Shown: positions 59,590 through 64,000 of the stretch, piece after piece | Layout of the letters: every line of letters begins with the position of its first letter | Position numbering within the stretch: the first letter of the stretch is position 1 | Origin: Myxococcota bacterium | GTDB taxonomy: Bacteria > Myxococcota_A > SURF-8 | Length of the DNA stretch: 64,000 nt | Assembly: GCA_965140415.1 (NCBI GenBank) | Contig: OZ223209.1 | Location: forward strand, 352,001-416,000 | Direction of reading: 5' to 3' | The notes under the pieces: generated by a model | The model's database searches: none | What the model was told of the DNA's origin: nothing | Seen by the model: the letters and a program-made list of their open reading frames with translations, nothing else | Position numbers and translations under genes: made by a program

Positions 59590-59791
59590 GCTCTCCTCCC
59601 TGTGGCGTGCGTCCTTCCAGATTTCCGGCTGCGGCTCATTCGGCAGAGTCGCTTCCCCGATTGGCGCGGAAACCAGAGCCTCTCCGTTTCCCGCAGGATG
59701 ATGAGCGAAGCGCCGCTCATCCCTGCCGAGCCCCAGGCATCGCAACCCCCACCTAAAAAACGATCTCCACATCCAGCCGCTCGGATTTTTC

Positions 59792-61228
59792 TTACTGCTG
59801 GAATAATTCGTTGGTGCAGTCGGCCACGCAGTACTTGCCCGCGAACTGCCCGTCCTCCATCTTCATGCAGGAGTAGCCGCGCGGACACATCACCGTGCCC
59901 TGGTCCACGCCGTCGTCGGTATTGACGGTGCAATCCCACTTGATCAGGCAGAAGTAACCCAGCGATACATCTTCGTCTTTCAGCTCGAAGCAGGCACCGT
60001 CCGCTCCGCATTCCTGGTTCTGGTTATTCGTGTCGGTGCAGGGGTCACAGAATTTCTGCACGCCAAAAGGATTGGAGCATTCGCCGTCTGCTTCGTGCTT
60101 GGGATTGAAGCAGCAGCCGCGCTCTTCCGGCGACAGATCGCGACCTTCAGTGGTGCACATCTGCGCCAACGCGCATTGATAGGTGCCGTCGCAGCCGATG
60201 CGTTCCACGCACTCATACTCGGTTTTACCATCGGGAATCAGACATTCGTTGTAGGCGGAGCAGTCCGCATCCACTTCACAACCCGGAATACAGGAGAAGG
60301 TGCTGACGTCGCACAGGTGTTCCAGCGGGCAATCATCCTTGCTGACACAGTCGCCTTCCAGGCATTTGCCGTTGTAACAGACCTCGCCGCCCAGACAGTC
60401 CTTGTTGATCAGGCAACCTATCTGGCAGTAGCCGTTGCGGCTATCGGAAGGATCGTCATAGCAGACCATCCCCGCCGGACAGGCGGAACCGCTGCCGCAA
60501 CCTTCGAAGCATTTTCCGGTCAAGGTGTTGCAAACCAAAGGTTCCGCGCAGTTTTCATTTGTGCAGCAATTGTCACCGACCTGACCGTTTGCGATACCGG
60601 AGGAAAAGACACACTGGTTGGTGTTCAACTCCGCAATCGGGAGGCAATCGTAATCGGTCGGGCAAGGATCGCTGGCCGAGCAGTAACGCCCGCAGACATT
60701 GCCGTATGAATCGGGCAGACAATAATCGTCGTCGTGACCGCATTCCCGGTGATTGTCGCAGGGTTCACAGGGTGCCAGGCGGCGACGGCAGATGCCGTTT
60801 TCCTCGTCGCAGTAGTCGTTCCCGTAACAATCGCCATCGTCGTAGCAATCCGGCTCGGGACCGGTGTCCTTGTCGCCGTCGACCGGTGTGATAACTACCC
60901 CGCCGTTGTCGCCGTCAGCCTGATCGCCATCCGCCGCATCCGTGTCGCCATCGTTGGAATTATCGCCGTCGGTAGAGTTGAGCACGCAGGTATGATTGCC
61001 GAGATTGCAGATCTCTCCTAGCTGACAATCTTGATCGGTTTTGCAGGCCACGGCCTCGCATTGTCCGTTCGAGCAGATCCTCTTGTCACCGCAGTCGTCG
61101 TCCGTGGTGCAGGATGTATCGTTATTGCCCTCGTCTTCATCCGATCCGCAACCGGCGGCGAATGCAACCAATAGTGATAAAACCAACATTAAGAGAAGAG
61201 CGCCGTTGCTTCGATCCAAGCGTGTCAT
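59792..61228 (-). CDS. Cys-rich lipoprotein with DGD linker
   Basis: AAG-C lipobox; many C..D.DC....C.....C modules; AAGGAGG RBS. Confidence 0.85.
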   Translation of the reverse strand: MTRLDRSNGALLLMLVLSLLVAFAAGCGSDEDEGNNDTSCTTDDDCGDKRICSNGQCEAVACKTDQDCQLGEICNLGNHTCVLNSTDGDNSNDGDTDAADGDQADGDNGGVVITPVDGDKDTGPEPDCYDDGDCYGNDYCDEENGICRRRLAPCEPCDNHRECGHDDDYCLPDSYGNVCGRYCSASDPCPTDYDCLPIAELNTNQCVFSSGIANGQVGDNCCTNENCAEPLVCNTLTGKCFEGCGSGSACPAGMVCYDDPSDSRNGYCQIGCLINKDCLGGEVCYNGKCLEGDCVSKDDCPLEHLCDVSTFSCIPGCEVDADCSAYNECLIPDGKTEYECVERIGCDGTYQCALAQMCTTEGRDLSPEERGCCFNPKHEADGECSNPFGVQKFCDPCTDTNNQNQECGADGACFELKDEDVSLGYFCLIKWDCTVNTDDGVDQGTVMCPRGYSCMKMEDGQFAGKYCVADCTNELFQQ

Positions 61229-61266
61229 CAGATCCTCCTTATTACTTCCCACGAAGAAGCAAATGG

Positions 61267-62634
61267 TTATTTGCTTGTAACATCTACTGCCGTTTTCTTA
61301 CGCTGCACTTGCTTTCTAGGTGCACGTTTCAACCCTTTACCGGATTTTTTAAGCGGCTGCGTCGGATTTTGCAGCATTTTTCTCAATTCGTTTTGCGCCA
61401 GTTCTTTCTTGTCGGAAAACTCGATCGTTCCGAAACGATTCAAGGTGTGGAAATCACCGACCAATGTCGGCGACCACATGGCGGCGATGGTGCCGCGCTT
61501 GGCCGGACGTTCCATGCGATACAGGTTCAACCGCCATTTGTCACCCGGCTTGGGCGGCATATTGGGAGCATCTTTCATGGCCGCCAGGGGAATTGCCATT
61601 TCCACAATCCAGCCCTGATCCTTGTCCGTACGCTGGTTGACGGTACCCTTTACCTGCACCGCCGATTTCAGCCCGGCGTCCCAGGAGATGTCCATGCCCT
61701 TGCGCCGTTTCGGGAAATAGGCGTCGTACACGGCATTGACCGGGTTGACCTGCATCTCGTAGTAGGTGGAGCCACTGCCGTCTGCATCGATCATGACTTC
61801 GGTGGTTTCTTCACGATACAGGGGATCGTCTTTCTTGTTGTAGTTGGTCCAGATGTCACTGTCGGAACAATCAAAGGCGATATACAGATTCGTGTCGTCC
61901 CACAGCATTTTGGCGCTGGTGGTCGGCTTGACCGGACCTTCTCCGCTCAGGTTGCCGAAATCGCCGGTGGAACGGGCGCGTGACCATGCGGCTTCGTCGA
62001 GTTTACCATCGATCGTGATGGCCTGATCGGCGCGCAAAACAACCAGATCGCGCTGAATGGAGGGCGGGTCGTCCAGCGGCAATACCGCCAGCTTGGCGCG
62101 GCCTTCGCCGTCGGCTTTGTCCCGGCTCTCTTTGGCGATGGGCATACGTTTGTCGCCTTTGTAGAAACCGCCCCACAGGACGCCTTCGTTATAGGGGAAT
62201 CCGGCTGGCATGTGGCTTTTGAACGTGTCGCGAATGATATCGCCCTTGCGCCACTGCGAGGTTTTGTATTTGCCGTCTGCAACGTGGTGATCCATTTTAC
62301 CCCGGAACAGCGGACCTTTGCTCGGTTCGAAATGCCCGAAGAACTGGTAATCACCCGGAATGGTATCCAACGCCTGCATGAAGAAAGTGATGGTGTAATC
62401 CTGGTTGTGCTTGAGCGGCTTGGGGCTGTAATTCAAGCCCAGAATGCGGATTTTGTCGTCGAGATTGACGTTGATCTCCACATCGTATTTCTTGGGGGCA
62501 CTGGCAAGCAGGAAGGGTTTGTCCGCAATGGCTTTGCCTGCTGTGGCAGTATTTTTAGGTTGCTCGCAACCTGCGACAAACAGGACTAGCATGACAAACG
62601 ACATACAATATGCTACACCACGCAAACCTCTCAT
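61267..62634 (-). CDS. CBM9-like sugar-binding domain lipoprotein
   Basis: VAG-C lipobox; ITIDGKLDEAAW, LWDDTNLYIAF, E..EVMID, YYEMQVNP, WIVEMAIP, WRLNLYR. Confidence 0.85.
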   Translation of the reverse strand: MRGLRGVAYCMSFVMLVLFVAGCEQPKNTATAGKAIADKPFLLASAPKKYDVEINVNLDDKIRILGLNYSPKPLKHNQDYTITFFMQALDTIPGDYQFFGHFEPSKGPLFRGKMDHHVADGKYKTSQWRKGDIIRDTFKSHMPAGFPYNEGVLWGGFYKGDKRMPIAKESRDKADGEGRAKLAVLPLDDPPSIQRDLVVLRADQAITIDGKLDEAAWSRARSTGDFGNLSGEGPVKPTTSAKMLWDDTNLYIAFDCSDSDIWTNYNKKDDPLYREETTEVMIDADGSGSTYYEMQVNPVNAVYDAYFPKRRKGMDISWDAGLKSAVQVKGTVNQRTDKDQGWIVEMAIPLAAMKDAPNMPPKPGDKWRLNLYRMERPAKRGTIAAMWSPTLVGDFHTLNRFGTIEFSDKKELAQNELRKMLQNPTQPLKKSGKGLKRAPRKQVQRKKTAVDVTSK

Positions 62635-62739
62635 ACCCGGCTACCTCCATAAGTGGGTGAATTTCGATAAAACATGTTGAAATCGTTTATAATTCAACCG
62701 GAAAAGCATACCGCAGGGCAGGAAAGCACGTCAAGCAAA

Positions 62740-62781
62740 ATCCCCGCCACTTGAAATAAGCAGCGGGGACTCTCTTTTTTT
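62740..62781. terminator. Probable terminator hairpin
   Basis: TCCCCGC...GCGGGGA stem flanked by A- and T-tracts. Confidence 0.5.
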
Positions 62782-62826
62782 AGTGAAAACCCAGGTTAAT
62801 CTGTTCAAAAAGAGGCGTGCTATGAC

Positions 62827-63285
62827 TCAGCCTGCCAGAAGGCGTGTGGCGATCTCTTTGACCAATGCGGCATCCACCTGACCTTTGTACTCTTTCATAA
62901 CGGCACCCATCAGGCGTCCGATCTGGTTGGCTCCGGCGATACCCTGCTTTTCGATCAGATCGGCCACCAGTTTTTCGGTTTGCGCTTCGCCGAGCATTTT
63001 GGGCAGGAACTGCTCCAGGTACTCGATTTCAAAGCGGATCTGATCCAGCTTTTCCTTGCCGCGCTCACCGGCCTGTTCGAATTGCGGCAGCGCTTTCTGC
63101 TGCTGCTTGACGTAGGTGCCGATCACTTCCTGCGCCATTTCGTCGGTCAAGGGACCGGCAACGCCTTTTTCGGACAGTTTCAGTTGAAAACGCGACTTGA
63201 CCATGCGCAACACAGCAAGTTGCTGCGCGTCCTTTTTCTTCATCGCCTCTTTAAGGCGGGTGTTGAATGTCTCAAGAATTCCCAT
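62827..63285 (-). CDS. GatB/YqeY domain protein
   Basis: LKEAMKKKD...L.VLRMVKS, EIEYLEQFLP, GRLMGAVM....G.VD. Confidence 0.9.
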   Translation of the reverse strand: MGILETFNTRLKEAMKKKDAQQLAVLRMVKSRFQLKLSEKGVAGPLTDEMAQEVIGTYVKQQQKALPQFEQAGERGKEKLDQIRFEIEYLEQFLPKMLGEAQTEKLVADLIEKQGIAGANQIGRLMGAVMKEYKGQVDAALVKEIATRLLAG

Positions 63286-63302
63286 CGTTTTCCCCTTTTC
63301 GA

Positions 63303-63890
63303 CTACAGATCGCCGTCGGTGGTTGCCGTGTCGCCATCCGTCGTGGTGTCGTCGCAACCGCCTGCGGACAGAAATACGTCCAAGCTGGTGAAGCTCTGGC
63401 TGTAGCTGCCGGCACCCATCAGCACGTTGTAGCCGTACATGGCCGAGTGTGCCGCGTAATCCTGATCGTAGAAGAAAAAGCGGGTGGAAGACGCGCCGTT
63501 GACGTTGCCGTCGGCTTCCTCATTATACGTTTCGTTACCGTCTTTATCGAGATAGCTGTACACCAGCACCTCGGTGCGCTGCGTGACGCCATCGCCGAGC
63601 AGATCCCACTTTACGTCGGAGGCGGGCAGGGTTTCCAGTGTCAGGAAAAAGTTGGGCGAAGAGGTGTCGATGGCGGTAGAGGCAATCTCGCGTAATTCAT
63701 TGTCCGCCGTGCTTGCCATGGCGCCCACGCGCAGGTTTTCGGCATTTCCCGTTACCTGACAACCACCGATGCGGCCATTAAAGCTGCGTGCGATCAACGG
63801 ATTCTCGTCGTCGTCATCGCCGCCGCAGGCAACGCACAGACCCAGCATCATTCCCATCACAGCCAACATGGCTACCCATCGCTTACTCAT
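63303..63890 (-). CDS. Hypothetical lipoprotein with C-terminal DGD tail
   Basis: CVA-C-GGDDDD lipobox; ends TTDGDTATTDGDL. Confidence 0.75.
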   Translation of the reverse strand: MSKRWVAMLAVMGMMLGLCVACGGDDDDENPLIARSFNGRIGGCQVTGNAENLRVGAMASTADNELREIASTAIDTSSPNFFLTLETLPASDVKWDLLGDGVTQRTEVLVYSYLDKDGNETYNEEADGNVNGASSTRFFFYDQDYAAHSAMYGYNVLMGAGSYSQSFTSLDVFLSAGGCDDTTTDGDTATTDGDL

Positions 63891-63919
63891 CACGCTTCTC
63901 CTTCTTAGGATATCTCCGT

Positions 63920-64000
63920 TTAGCGAATCACTTTTTGATAAAACTCTTCGGCCAGCGCACCGACCATCACGGCTCCGCGTCCGCTGGCATCGTATTCCCA
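63920..64000 (-). CDS. 3' end of a CDS entering from the right edge (possibly ParA-like C-terminus)
   Basis: WEYDASGRGAVMVGALAEEFYQKVIR*; only 26 codons visible. Confidence 0.35.
   Translation of the reverse strand, partial: WEYDASGRGAVMVGALAEEFYQKVIR

Noticed and set aside
1-64000. tRNA/rRNA genes, IS elements, prophage or defence systems
   Set aside because: No cloverleaf or rRNA signature and no transposase, integrase, phage or nuclease-defence motifs were seen.

Overview
Gene-dense bacterial chromosome segment of roughly mid-50s % GC. The gene content (MYXO-CTERM-like tail, AgmX/PglI-type C-terminal domain, FHA-sigma54 activator, many Cys-rich lipoproteins) points to a Myxococcota/deltaproteobacterial lineage; this is inference. 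Housekeeping loci are yicC-gmk-RSH-ridA, rpe, csp, ttcA, secA and yqeY. Three things stand out. (i) A compact 10-gene, ~8.3-kb minus-strand ACP-dependent lipid/polyketide-like cluster at 23691-32018: ACP, AcpS, FabF, DarB-like KAS III with an altered triad, deviant FabD, 3-hydroxyacyl dehydrogenase, two crotonases, a degenerate second AcpS and a B12 radical SAM enzyme. This is the best candidate for an undescribed system. (ii) About a dozen exported proteins, mostly lipoproteins, share acidic DGD-repeat linkers, including a 1473-aa protein with a 28-unit 15-bp tandem array and a circularly permuted PPC-like domain. (iii) Several motif-degenerate enzymes: a PHP pseudoenzyme, an RSH with eroded hydrolase motifs and an atypical SDR. 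An ORF running off the left edge (<3..2204, minus) is missing from the supplied track and was translated by hand. I found no rRNA, tRNA, CRISPR array or transposase. All family assignments come from motif recognition by eye; no database search was run.
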